NCBI GenBank assembly: GCA_012295275.1 | Contig: CM022666.1 | Location: 8,246,001 to 8,310,000 of the forward strand | Direction: 5' to 3' | DNA from: Chrysomallon squamiferum | Taxonomy: Eukaryota > Animalia > Mollusca | Length of the DNA: 64,000 nucleotides | Shown here: piece after piece, positions 1 to 13,259 of the stretch | Layout: every line of letters starts with the position of its first letter | Position numbering within the stretch: position 1 is the stretch's first letter | Made by a program: the position numbers and the translations under genes | Notes under the pieces: generated by a model | What the model was told of the DNA's origin: nothing | Database searches by the model: none | Seen by the model: only the letters and a program-made list of their open reading frames with translations

Positions 1-57
1 AATAACATAGTTAATTCATTAAGAAAGAAAATGAAAGAAGGAAAGAAAGACAAACAT

Positions 58-130
58 TGGAGATGCAGGGCATCGATCCCAGTACCTTATACATGCTAAG
101 CGAGCGCTCTACCATCTGATCTAAATTGCC
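58..130 (-). pseudogene. Degenerate tRNA-Ala(AGC) copy
   Basis: Reverse complement reads ...tagatcagatggtagagcgctcgcttAGCatgtataaggtactgggatcgatgccctgcatctcca. This matches the metazoan tRNA-Ala(AGC) type with a GATCG T-loop. The 5' acceptor strand and anticodon stem carry mismatches. Confidence 0.75.
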
Positions 131-230
131 ATGCTTTTCTAAATCGGTAAAGTACAACATAGTTAATTGGTAAATAACATACTTAATTCATTAAGAAAGA
201 AAATGAATTAACGAAAAAAACGACAAATAT

Positions 231-283
231 TGGAGATGCAGGGCATCGATCCCAGTACCTCTCACATGCTAAGCGAGCGCTCT
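231..283 (-). pseudogene. 5'-truncated tRNA-Ala(AGC) copy in a ~173-bp tandem duplication
   Basis: The 3' part is intact (tagagcgctcgcttagcatgtgagaggtactgggatcgatgccctgcatctcca) and the 5' part of the D-arm is missing. The flank aataacata-ttaattcattaagaaagaaaatgaa occurs at both 1 and ~173. Confidence 0.75.
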
Positions 284-735
284 ATTATTTTTCATTATTT
301 TTTTAATTCATAACAAGTGAAATTAAGGAAAGATGGAAGGAAATGAACAAAAGAAAACAAAAGAATAAATGGCATTAAAAGAAACACTGACAGAGATTTT
401 TAAATTTGAAGATTACGATTATCGATAAATCAGATCTATCCCAGTACTTTCTATCTCAGAATTTGAAACACTTCTTTGGCTTTGTTTGGCTGAATGTTTG
501 AGATATGTTCATGTAGCTCCCACAGCTGGTAGAGCGTTCGACGATTCTGTGACAAATACGGTGAACGAAGCCCCGTTTCCCGCATTGACCATCTAAAAAA
601 TTTATTATTTATTATTATTATTATATTTTCTTTTGTTATTGTTTCGTCTTCTTCTTTTTTTCTTCTTATTATTAGTAGTGGTAGCAGGACGCAGTAGTAG
701 TCGTCTTCATCATTTTCGTTATCATTTTCTTCTTC

Positions 736-3700
736 GACAGCCATGTTTATTGTCATGTGTTATTTTCGTCTGCTTAATTTTTCAGTATGTAAGGTAGGAA
801 ATTATTAGTTTTGTAAAATATTTTGTACAAGATTAATCGCTAAAACATAAATTGGTACAATAATTAGATTTATCAAAAAAGAAATCACCATAATTTAAAC
901 AAACAATTACACATAACAAGATCGCCTGACTTTGGACCCGAAGTTTATATCCATGTAAATGTCTGTTCAATAGTTAAGTGTTTTTCTCTTTCTTTACAGT
1001 GGATGTTAATTATGTATTCCACAGGCTTGTTTAATTTAAGCTAGTTGATATTTATGTGTAGGTGTATTGAGGACATTTGTGTGTATGTCACGTTGACTGT
1101 GTTCTGTGTTTGTTTACTTGCTTTCTTTAATTGCATGCACCAACAGGAACGATAACTCGTAACGGCACAAATTACGTCACGAATAGTTTGTATTTCTCAC
1201 TTGTTTAATACTCTATAATACTTTTTTTTTTTTTTTTTTTTTTTGTCTGCATGTTTGTTTTATATTTATTATATTTCTGTACTGTGATTCCATTGTTTGT
1301 TTTTTATATTTATATTTGTGTATTGTGTTACCATGTTTGATGAATGTTTATATGTTTCTGTATCGAGGCTGCCTCTTCCTTTTATATTTATATCTTTACA
1401 TGTTGGAATATTCATGTTTGTTCTATATGTTTGTCTTCATGTTTGTTATGTATCAACATCGTTGTATAATGTCTGCATGTTTTTTCTGTACTAACTTGTT
1501 TGTACAACGTCTGCATGTTTGTTCTGCATTAACTTGTTTGTCTAATGTCTAAATGATTCTTGTGTATTAACTTGTTTTTCTGTCTGCATTTTTGTGTGTA
1601 TTAACCTGTTTGTCTAATGTCTACATGTTTGTTGTGTATTAACTTGTTTGTCTAATGTCTGCATGTTTGTCCTCTATTTATCTGTTTGTATAATGTCTGC
1701 ACGATTGTTCTGTGTTAACTTGTTTGTCTAATGTCTGTAAATTTGTTGTGTTTTAACCAAGTTGTCTAATGTCTACATGATTCTTGTGTATTAACTTGTT
1801 TTTCTAATGTCTGCATCTTTGTGTGTATTAACCTGTTTGTCTAATGTCTGCATGTTTGTTGTGTATTAACTTGTTTGTATAATGTCTCTATGTTTGTTGT
1901 ATATTAACCTGTTTTTCTAATGTCTGCATGTTTGTTGTGTATTAACTTGTTTCTCTAATGTCTGCATGTTTGTTCTCTATTTATCTGTTTGTATAATGTC
2001 TGCATGGTTGTTCTGTGTTAACTTGTTTCTCTAATGTCTCTATGTTTGTTGTATATTAACCTGTTTTTCTAATGTCTGCATGTTTGTTGTGTATTAACTT
2101 GTTTCTCTAATGTCTGCATGTTTGTTCTCTATTTATCTGTTTGTATAATGTCTGCATGGTTGTTCTGTGTTAACTTGTTTCTCTAATGTCTATGTGTTTG
2201 TTGTGTATTAATTTGTTTTATAATGTCTGCATGTTCTGTATTAACGTGTTTGTTTAATGTCAGCATGTTTGTTTTCTATTTACCTGTTTTTCTAATGTAT
2301 GCATGTTTGTTCCGTGTTAATTTATTTTTCTAATGTCTGCATGTTTGCTGTTTATTAATCTGTTTGTCTAATCTCTGCACGTTTGTTTTATTATTAACAT
2401 GTTTGTTCTTTATTTTCCTGTTTGTCTAATGTCTGCATGTTTGTTGTGTATTAAGTTGTTTCTCTAATGTCTGCATGTTAGTTTTCTATTTACCTGTTTG
2501 TCTAATGTCTGCTTGTTTGTTCTCTATTTACCTGTTTGTCTAATGTCTGCATGTGTGTTCTCTATTTACCTCTTTGTCTAATGTCTGCATGTTTGTTCTC
2601 TATTTCCTGTTTGTATAATGTCTGCATGTTTGTTGTGCATTAACTTGTTTGTCTAATGTCTGTATGAGTGTTGTATATTAACCTCTTTGACTAATGTTTA
2701 CATGATTGTTGTATAATGTCTGTATGTTTGTTCTGTATTAACTTGTCTGTCTAATATCTGCATGTTTGCTGTGTATTAATCTGTTTGTCTAATGTCCGCG
2801 CGTTTGTTGTATGTTAACTTGTTTGTATAATAACTGAATGTTTGTTCTCTATTTATCTGTTTGTCTAATGTCTACTTGTTTGTTGTATAATGTCTCCATG
2901 TTTGTTCTCTATTTACCTGTTGGTCTAATGTCTGCATGTTTGTTGTGTATTGACTTGTTTGCTAAATGTCTGCATGTTTGTTCTGTGCTATCTGTTTGTA
3001 AAATTCTGTATGTTTGTTGTGTATTGACTTGTTTGTCAAATGTCTGCATGTTTGTTTTGTATTAACCTGTTTGTGTAATGTCTGCACGTTTGTTGTCTGT
3101 TAACTTGTTTGTCTAATGCTTGCATGTTTGTTCTATATTAAAGTGTTCGTCTAATGTCTGCCTGTTTGTTTTATATTAATCTGTTTGTGTAATGTCTGCA
3201 CGTTTGTTGTCTGTTAACTTGCTTGTCTAATGTCTGCATGTTTTTTCTGTATTAACCTGTTTGTATATTGGCTGCGTGTTCTGTATTAACGTGTCTGTTT
3301 AATGTCAGCATGTTTGTTTTCTATTTACCTGTTTGTCTAATATTTACCTGTTTGCCTAATGTCTGCATGTTTGTTCCGTGATAATTTATTTGTCTAATGT
3401 CTGCATATTTGTTCTGCATTAACTTGTTTGTCTAATGTCTGCATGAGTGTTATGTATTAACTTGTTTTTCTAATGTCGGCATGTTTGTTCTGTATTACCT
3501 GTTTTTCTAATATCTCATGTTTGTTGTGCATTAACTTATTTGTCTAATGTCAGTATGTTTGTTTTCTATTTACCTGTTTATCTAATGTCTGCATGTTTTT
3601 TCTGTATTAATGTGTTCGTCTAATGTCTGCATGTTTGTTTTATATTAATGTGTTTTATTTACTGTTTGCACGTTTGTTGTATGTTAACTTGCTTGTCTAA

Positions 3701-6700
3701 TGTCTGCATGTTTGTTCTCATATTGACCTGTTTGTATATTGTATATTGTTTGCATGTTTGTTATGTGTTAACTTGTTTGTCTAATGTCTGCATGTTTGTT
3801 CTGTGTTAACTTGTTTCTGTAATGTCTATGTGTTTGTTGTGTATTAAACTGTTTGTCTAATGTCTACATGTTTGTCTACTTGTTTGTATAATGTCGGCAT
3901 GTTCTGTATTAACGTGTTTGTTTAACGTCAGCATGTTTCTTTTCTATTTACCTGTTTGTCTAATGTCTGCATGTTCTGTATTAACTTGTTTGTCTAATGT
4001 CGGCATTTTTGTTTTCACTTTAGCTATTTGTCTAATATTTACCTGTTGTCTAATGTATGCATGTTTGTTCTGTGTTGTTTGTCTAATGTGTGCATGCTTG
4101 TTGTGTATTAACCTGTTTGTCTAATGTCTGCATGAGTGTTGTGTATTAATTTATTTGTCTAATGTCAGTATGTTTGGTTTCTATTTACCTGTTTGTATAT
4201 TGTCTGCATGTTTGTTCTGTGTTAACTTGTTTGTCTAAAGTCTATGTGTTTGTTTTGTATTAAACTGTTTGTCTAATGTCTGCATGTTTGTTCTCTATTT
4301 ACCTGTTTGTATAATGTCTGCATGTTCTGTATTAACGTGTTTGTTTAATGTATGCATGTTTCTTTTCTATTTACCTGTTTGTCTAATATCGGTATGTTTG
4401 TTCCGTGTTAATTTGTTTGTCTAATGTCTGCATGTTTGTTTTGCATTAATTGGTGTGTATAATTTCTGCATGTTTGTTGTGTATTAATGCGTTTGTTTTG
4501 TTAACTTGTTTGTATAATGTTTCCGTGTTTGTTCTCTATTTACCTGTTTGTATAATGTCTGCATGTTCTGTATTAACTTGTTTGTCTAATGTCAGCATGT
4601 TTGATTTCTATTTACCTATTTGTCTAATATTTACCTGTTGTCTAATGTATGCATGTTTGTTCTGTGTTAATTTGTTTGCCTAATGTGTGCATGTTTGTTG
4701 TGCATTAACGTGTTTCCCTAATGTCTGCATGAGTGTTGTGTATTAACTTATTTGTCTAATGTCTACATGTTTGTTCTGTATTAACTTGTTTGTCTAATGT
4801 CTGCATATTTGTTCTCTATTAATCTGTTTGTCTAATGTCTGCACGTTTGTTGTATGTTAACTTGTTTGTATAATATCTCCATGTTTGTTCTCTATTTACT
4901 TGTTTGTCTAATGTCTGTATGTTTGTTCTCTATTTACCTCTTTGTCTAATGTCTGCATGCTTGTTCTGTGTTAACTTGTTTGTCTAATGTCTACATGTTT
5001 GTTGAGTATTAAACTCTTTGTGTGCATTATTGTTCTGTATCTACCTGTTTGTCTAATGTCATCCTTTTTGTTCTGTATTAATTTGTTTGTGTGATGTCTT
5101 CAAGTTTCTATTATATTTTCGTGTTTGTTTAATGTGTATAGTTGTACATATATTTCTCTTTGTCCAGTGTTTGTATATAAATATGAGTATTTATGCTCAG
5201 TTATTTCTATGTTGTTGTGATTGTGTTTATGTTTTTTATGTAATTATGTATTTGTTATATGTGTTTATTGTAGAAACATGGATATAAACATTAAATTCAC
5301 AAATGTGTCACACCTATTTACTGAAATACAAGGATAACTATAGTGAATGAGAGACTTACAAACAGACAATGGTTAGTTTTTAGAGTTAAGATTAGTTTGT
5401 AACTGAAAAGTCACATGACATGACATCAGCTGTCCTCTGGTCAGTGTAAGGTTCTCAGATTGGAGTTTATTTCAAATTTGGTATCTAGGAAATCAAACTT
5501 GGCAAATTTTACTGTAGAATTCTCCAATCTCTATTATTTTGGTGAACCGTCAAAATCAGCGTCAAAAATTTACTTTTTCCATTTATGTTTTTTCTTTTGA
5601 TTGACGTTTCAAAATTTTATACATATTATAGGACACAACTATTGTTTCTTTTTAAACGTTTTTGGGTCACTTCATTTTTTTGTGTGTCACGGATAATATT
5701 TATTAGTAAATGTAAGATGAAACAGAAAGTGTCAAACTAAAGATAAATAATTCGTAAATTATACAAGTAAATTTGTTTGTCTAATTTTATATTCTTATTT
5801 TATGATTATATCTAAATACTCTGATTATTGAATTTTTTTTATAAATGAATAAATATTTATAAGGAAATGAAAAATAAAATAAAGTAAATGAGTATTTAAA
5901 GATAAATAATTAAGTGAAATGATATGTATCTAAATAAATAAATAAACAGAATTATAAATTAAATTAAAGTAACAGTAAATAAATAAATTTAAATAAAGGA
6001 AAGTATGTAAATAAATAAATAAATAAATAAGTTAATAAGTTAATAAATAAATTTACGAATATATAAATACAATAATTATGTTATTCTGAAGAAAAGATTA
6101 TGATGTAATTGATTTAGTATTAATTGCAAAATGATTATAGATGTTGTCAACCACATATTTCATTTTTTTAAAGAATTATTTCATGATTTATATTAGATAA
6201 AAATTAAATTTGAAAATGTTTTATTAATATTTTTATTGGAACAGTTTGTTGTGTCTTATAGTATAATCAAAATTTGTTTTATATTTAATAATATTTATTT
6301 ATTCTTCCCATCATTCCTCGCTATATTTTAACATTTTGTATGAATATTAATATTATTAATATATTTTTAAAATTGAACCTAAAATGCAGCAATACTGAGT
6401 CACCTGGTGAGTGATGACACCCCCACCTCAGGTGAGCTAATACAGGATAACTCTTACTTGAATGTGAGTTATCTGCCCACCTCAGAGTGGTTAATACAGA
6501 TTAACTCATACTTGAAAATGAGTTAACTGGGGGACTGTTCACCTTAGGTACACAAAACATATTTTATTTAAAAACAAATATATTTTGTTAGATAAATAAC
6601 AGATTTACATAAAAATAAATATTTAAGAATGAATCTGTACCTTTAATTCAACATGCATTAAAACTATTTTCATGCATTAAAAATATTTTCAAAAATTAAT

Positions 6701-6780
6701 TATTTCATTAACCAGTCTTTGAAAATCGAAATAATTAATAAAAATTGTAAAAGAACAGACACAACTCTTTCTGAAACAGT
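736..6780 (+). ncRNA. Tandem non-coding module, copy 1 (candidate repeat-rich lncRNA; upstream promoter block absent)
   Basis: Collinear with copies 2 and 3. Contains the gacagccatg block (736), donor aag|gtagga (793/794), acceptor ctttacag|tgga (999/1000), repeat array, invariant block 5410-5525 and hairpin block 6378-6549. No reading frame is conserved between copies. Transcription is inferred. Confidence 0.45.
1480..5090 (+). repeat. ~38-bp tandem repeat array (taatgtctgcatgtttgttgtgtattaacttgtttgtc)
   Basis: Degenerate tandem units are visible directly. The + strand is strongly T/G-rich and most units contain TGCATG. Confidence 0.95.
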
Positions 6781-7380
6781 GATTCTTAAACTTTTATTTT
6801 CCAGTGTCTTTTTAAAAAAATATGTTAGGACTGGGACAACAAGGTTAAATTAGACACCCTGAGAGAAACATAACAAATTATGTAACATCTTTTATAAGTA
6901 TATGTTATAAATATATAACAATTACTGTCATTCTTCTTTAATAAAGAGAAACTCCTGTTCAGACTGAGTATTCTAAAAAAGAAACAAATTGTTCTCGGCG
7001 GTAAAAAATGAATATATATGTACAAAAACAAATCAGCTTGAAGTTCATAAAAAATATTTTAATATATATAACTTTTATTTAAAATAAAAAAATATATATA
7101 TAAAAAATAAAAATCATGTATGATGAATAATAGACTTCTCTCTTAAGATCACACACATACACAGACAGACACACACACACACACAGAGACACACACACAC
7201 ACAGACACACACACATACACACATTAACAACCGATCTGAACACATTAAAGATTTATAATCCTCATTAAAATGATTAAATTATTAAACTGAGTATAAGTAA
7301 GAAAAAAATATTTATTCAGGGGTAGATCATGCTTTAGGTAATGAGACCCCACCCCTGAAACAAAATGTATGTTTTCAGTC

Positions 7381-7508
<128 letters not shown>

Positions 7509-7850
7509 CTGATAACAAAAACTAGTCAGTAAATAAAAAACGGTACATGTCAAGGAAAGCGAATCCGTCAAAAAAAAAAAAAAAAAAAAAAAAAAAATTC
7601 TTTACAGCGAACGTATTCTAACAAACAACCTCACTGTCTTTCTTCCGTTAAAAGCGATTTTATATGGAAAGGAAACAATCAGGATGGCATCATTGAGAGA
7701 ACGAGAGGTTATCCACATGTGATATCAATTTTATTATTATTATTTTCTTTCTTTCTTTTTTTCTTTTTTTCTTTGCCGTTCTGTGCACCTTGGAACCGCC
7801 AAACTTGGACATCTCTGTTGCTGATGAAATTGCAATGTTACGTCTCGTTC

Positions 7851-7955
7851 AAATGGCGCTAACAAAAAAGTATTGCTAGAAGATTTTGTCCTTTGAGAAA
7901 TCAATAATTATTAAACCTTTATTAATTATTATTTTATTGTTTTTGAAGTTCTTGT

Positions 7956-7990
<35 letters not shown>

Positions 7991-8078
7991 TATTATTATT
8001 ATTATTATTCGTTGTTTCGACAACTGTCGTAAATAACCGAAGAATAACGACAGTGACGTCAATAATGAAATAACGTCA
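7851..8078 (+). promoter_or_regulatory. Putative Pol II promoter of module copy 2 (YY1-like and CRE sites)
   Basis: AAATGGCG at 7851, perfect CRE TGACGTCA at 8054-8061 and half-CRE AACGTCA at ~8072. All are conserved in copy 3 and lie <300 bp upstream of the conserved splice donor. Confidence 0.5.
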
Positions 8079-8369
8079 CACTCAGGGGACAGCCATGTTC
8101 ACTGTCATGTGGGGTTTTTTCGCTTGCTTAATTTTTCAGTATCTAAGGTAGGAAATTATTATTTCAGAATAATATTTTGAGCAAAGATTAATCTCAGAAA
8201 CATAATATACTTCAATAGTTAAACTATTTTCGTGAAATCACCATATTTAAACAAACAACAAAAAACCAACATTGGCTGATTCGAACCCGATGTTTATATC
8301 CATGTAATGTCTGTTCAGTATTTGTATGTCTGTCTCTTTCTTTACAGTGGATAACAGTTTGTTTGTCTT

Positions 8370-11300
8370 TTATTTATTTATATTTGTGTATTGTGTCTCC
8401 ATGTTTGTGTATTGTGTCTATATGTTAGTTTTATATTTATTTATGTTTGTGTATTGTGTCTACATGTTAGTTTTATATTTATTTCTGTTTGTGTATTGTG
8501 TCTCCATGTTTATATTTAAATGTTTCTTTATTGTCTACATGCAGTTTTATATTTGTTTATGTTTGTGTATTATCTCCATGTTTATATTTTTATGTTTGTG
8601 TATTGTGTCTCCATGTTTATATTTATATGTTTGTGTATCGTGTCTCCATGTTTATATTTATATGTTTGTGTATTGAGTCTACATGTTTATATGTTTCTTT
8701 ATTGTCTACATGTTACTTTTATATTTATTTATGTTTGTGTATTGTGCCTGCTCCTTTGCTTTTTATTTACTTGCTTGTTGTGTTGTGTCTGCATGTTGTT
8801 TTATATTTGTATACGTGTGTATTATGTCTGTATGTTTATATTTACTTGTTTGTGTGTTGTGTCTGCATGATTGTTTTATGTTTATATGTTTGTGTATTGT
8901 GTATGTTTTATATGTTTGTGTATTGTGTCTGCATGTATGTTTTATATTTGTTTGTGTATTGTGTCTGCATGTTTGTCTTATATTCATGTTTGTGTATTGT
9001 GTCTGCATGTATGTTTTATATTTATGTTTGTGTATTGTGTCTGCATGTTTGTTTTATATTTATATGTTTGTGTATTGAGTGCATTTTTATTTTTGTTTCA
9101 ATATTGTGTATATGTATGTTTTATATTTATATGTTTGTGTAGTGTCAGTACATATTTTTTGGCATGTTTTTCTGTGTCCACTTGTTTGTGTAATGTCTGC
9201 ATGTTTGTTTTGTATTAATCTGTACATCTTATGTCTCTATGTTTGTTCTGTTAACTTACTTGTCTAATGTTTGTTCTGTAACGTCTACATGTTTGTTTTT
9301 ATCAACTTGTCTGTCTAATGTCTGCATGTTTGTTCTGTGTTAACATATTTGTTAATGTCTGCATGTCTGTAGTGTATTAACCTGTTTGTTAATGTCTGCA
9401 TGTTTGTTGTGTATTAACCTGTTTGTTAATGTCTGTAGTGTATTAAGTCGTTTGTTAATGTCTGCATGTCTGTAGTGTATTAACCTGTTTGTTAATGTCT
9501 GCATGTCTGTAGTGTATTAACCTGTTTGTTAATGTCTGCATGTCTGTAGTGTATTAACCTGTTTGTTAATGTCTGCATGTCTGTAGTGTATTAACTCGTT
9601 TGTTAATGTCTGCATGTTTGTTGTGTATTAACCTGTTTGTTAATGTCTGCATGTCTGTAGTGTATTAATCTGTTTGTTAATGTCTGCATGTCTGTAGTGT
9701 ATTAACCTGTTTGTTAATGTCTGCATGTTTGTTCTGTTAACCTGTTTGTTAATGTCTGCATGTCTGTAGTGTATTAACCTGTTTGTTAATGTCTGCATGT
9801 TTGTTCTGTGTTAACATGTATATCTAATGTCTGCATGTTTGTTATCTATTTACCTGTTTGTATAATGTCTGCGTGTTTGTTCTGTGTTAACATTTGTCTA
9901 ATGTCTGCATGTTTGTCGTGTATTAACCTCTTTGTATAATGTCTCCATGTTTGTTCTGTGTTAACCTGTTTGTTAATGTCTGCATGTCTGTAGTGTATTA
10001 ATCTCTTAATGTCTGCATGTCTGTAGTATACTAATCTGTTTGTTAATGTCTGCATGTCTGTAGTGTATTAATCTGTTTGTTAATGTCTGCATGTCTGTAG
10101 TGTATTAATCTGTTTCTTAATGTCTGCATGTTTGTTTTGTATTAATCTGTACATCTTATGTCTCTATGTTTGTTCTGTTAACTTACTTGTCTAATGTTTC
10201 TTCTGTAACGTCTACATGTTTGTTTTTATCAACTTGTCTGTCTAATGTCTGCATGTTTGTTCTGTGTTAACATATTTGTTAATGTCTGGATGTCTGTAGT
10301 GTATTAGCCTGTTTGTTAATGTCTGCATGTTTGTTGTGCATTAACATGTATATCTAATGTCTGCATGTTTTCTCTATTTACCTGTTTGTATAATGTATGT
10401 GTGTTTGTTCTGTGTTAACATGTCTAATGTCTGCATGTTTGTTGTGTATTAACCTGTTTGTTAATGTCTGCATGTCTGTAGTGTATTAATCTGTTTGTTA
10501 ATGTATGCATGTCTGTAGTGTATTAATATGTTAATGTCTGCATGTCTGTAGTGTATTAATCTGTTAATGTCTGCATGTCTGTAGTGTATTAATCTGTTTG
10601 TTAATGTCTGCATGTCTGTAGTGTATTAATCTGTTTGTTAATGTCTGCATGTCTGTAGTGTATTAATCTGTTTGTTAATGTCTGCATGTCTGTAGTGTAT
10701 TAACCTGTTTGTTAATGTCTGCATGTCTGTAGTGTATTAATCTGTTTGTTAATGTCTGCATGTCTGTAGTGTATTAATCTGTTTGTTAATGTCTGCATGT
10801 CTGTAGTGTATTAACCTGTTTGTTAATGTCTGCATGTTTGTTGTGTATTAACCTGTTTGTTAATGTCTGCATGTCTGTAGTGTATTAATCTGTTTGTTAA
10901 TGTCTGCATGTCTGTAGTGTATTGACCTGTTTGTTAATGTCTGCATGTTTGTTGTGTATTAACCTGTTTGTTAATGTCTGCATGTCTGTAGTGTATTAAT
11001 CTCTTAATGTCTGCATGTCTGTAGTATACTAATCTGTTTGTTAATGTCTGCATGTCTGTAGTGTATTAATCTGTTTGTTAATGTCTGCATGTCTGTAGTG
11101 TATTAATCTGTTTCTTAATGTCTGCATGTTTGTTTTGTATTAATCTGTACATCTTATGTCTCTATGTTTGTTCTGTTAACTTACTTGTCTAATGTTTCTT
11201 CTGTAACGTCTACATGTTTGTTTTTATCAACTTGTCTGTCTAATGTCTGCATGTTTGTTCTGTGTTAACATATTTGTTAATGTCTGGATGTCTGTAGTGT

Positions 11301-12400
11301 ATTAGCCTGTTTGTTAATGTCTGCATGTTTGTTGTGCATTAACATGTATATCTAATGTCTGCATGTTTTCTCTATTTACCTGTTTGTATAATGTATGTGT
11401 GTTTGTTCTGTGTTAACATGTCTAATGTCTGCATGTTTGTTGTGTATTAACCTGTTTGTTAATGTCTGCATGTCTGTAGTGTATTAATCTGTTTGTTAAT
11501 GTATGCATGTCTGTAGTGTATTAATATGTTAATGTCTGCATGTCTGTAGTGTATTAATCTGTTAATGTCTGCATGTCTGTAGTGTATTAATCTGTTTGTT
11601 AATGTCTGCATGTCTGTAGTGTATTAATCTGTTTGTTAATGTCTGCATGTCTGTAGTGTATTAACCTGTTTGTTAATGTCTGCATGTCTGTAGTGTATTA
11701 ATCTGTTTGTTAATGTCTGCATGTCTGTAGTGTATTAATCTGTTTGTTAATGTCTGCATGTCTGTAGTGTATTAACCTGTTTGTTAATGTCTGCATGTTT
11801 GTTGTGTATTAACCTGTTTGTTAATGTCTGCATGTCTGTAGTGTATTAATCTGTTTGTTAATGTCTGCATGTCTGTAGTGTATTGACCTGTTTGTTAATG
11901 TCTGCATGTTTGTTGTGTATTAACCTGTTTGTTAATGTCTGCATGTCTGTAGTGTATTAACCTGTTTGTTATGTATTAACCTGTTTGTCTAATGTCTGCA
12001 TTTTGTTGTATATTAACCTGTTTGTTAATATCTGCATGTTTGTTGTGTATTAACTTGTTTGTTAATGTCTGCATGTCTGTAGTGTATTAACTTGTTTGTT
12101 AATGTCTGCATGTTTGTTGTGTATTAACTTGTTTGTTAATGTATGCATGTTCTGTATTAACTTGTTTGTCTAATGTCTGCATGTTTTTTCTGTTTTAAGT
12201 TGTTTGTTTATGTCTGCATGTTTTTTCTGTTTTAAGTTGTTTGTCTGATGTCTGCATGTTTGTTGTGTATTCACCTGTTTGTTCTGTATTAATCTGTTTA
12301 TCTAATGTCTGCATGTTTGTTCTGTATTAACTTGTTTGTTAATGTCTGTATGTTTGTTTCATGTTATATTGTTTGTTCTTTATTAACCTGTTTGTGTTAT
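8370..12400 (+). repeat. Compound array: ~40-bp units (8370-9150), then 37-38-bp units (taatgtctgcatgtctgtagtgtattaacctgtttgt)
   Basis: Tandem units are visible directly. There is an internal ~998-bp duplication (atctcttaatgtc...gtatactaatc at 10001 and 10999). Confidence 0.95.
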
Positions 12401-13192
12401 GTGTCTGCGTGTACATTTTATTTCATTACTTTTCTTTGTCCAGTATGTTTGTATGGAACGGAGTGTTCAGTTATTTCTATGTTGTTTTTATGTCATTACA
12501 TATTAGTATAATGTGTTTGTGTTCAAGTGTTTTTGTTATATGTGTTTGGTGTAGAAACATGGACATAAACATTAAGTTCACAAATATATCACACCTACAA
12601 GGATAACTATAGTGAATTAGAGACTTACAAACAGACAATGACTAGTTTTAAGATCTAAGATTACTTGTAATTGAAACGTCACATGACATGACATCAGCTG
12701 TCCTCTGGTCAGTGTAAGGTTCTCAGATTGGAGTTTATTTCAAATTTGGTATCTAGGAAATCAAACTTGGCAAATTTTACTGTAGAATTCTCCGACCTCC
12801 ATTATTTTAGTGAACCATCAAAATCTGCATCAAAAATGTATTTTATATTTTTTTAGTTTTTTACTTTTTGTTTTGATAGATGCTTCCAAATTTTACATGT
12901 ATCATAGGACACAACTACTGTATATTTTTAAACATTTTCCTCAACTTCATTTTTTTGGTGTCAGGAATAATATTAATTAGTAAATATAACATGAAACAGA
13001 AACTATTAACCAAAAATAAATGATTTTTACATTATACAAGTAAACTTGTTTCTCACATTTTTAATTATTATTTTATGTTTATATCTAAATACTCTCATTA
13101 TTGAAAAATTTTATTAATAAATAAATATTTATAAGGAAATAATAAAAAAAAAAGTATTTAAAAATAAATAATAAAGAGAAATGGTATGTATC

Positions 13193-13227
<35 letters not shown>

Positions 13228-13259
13228 ATGAAATTATGAATTAAATTAAAGTATCAGTA

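Noticed and set aside
743-793. Micropeptide MFIVMCYFRLLNFSVCK in the module's first exon
   Set aside because: Indels change the frame in the other copies.
5476-5525. Resemblance to miR-9 (tttggtatctag) and miR-182/263b (cttggca...tagaattc)
   Set aside because: The matches need indels within the mature sequence and do not sit properly on a hairpin arm.
6410-6549. C/D snoRNA, hammerhead ribozyme or RNase MRP identity for the hairpin block
   Set aside because: A GTGATGA C-box is present but no downstream CTGA. There is no CUGANGA core, and minus-strand gaacagtccccc lacks a matching CR-V.
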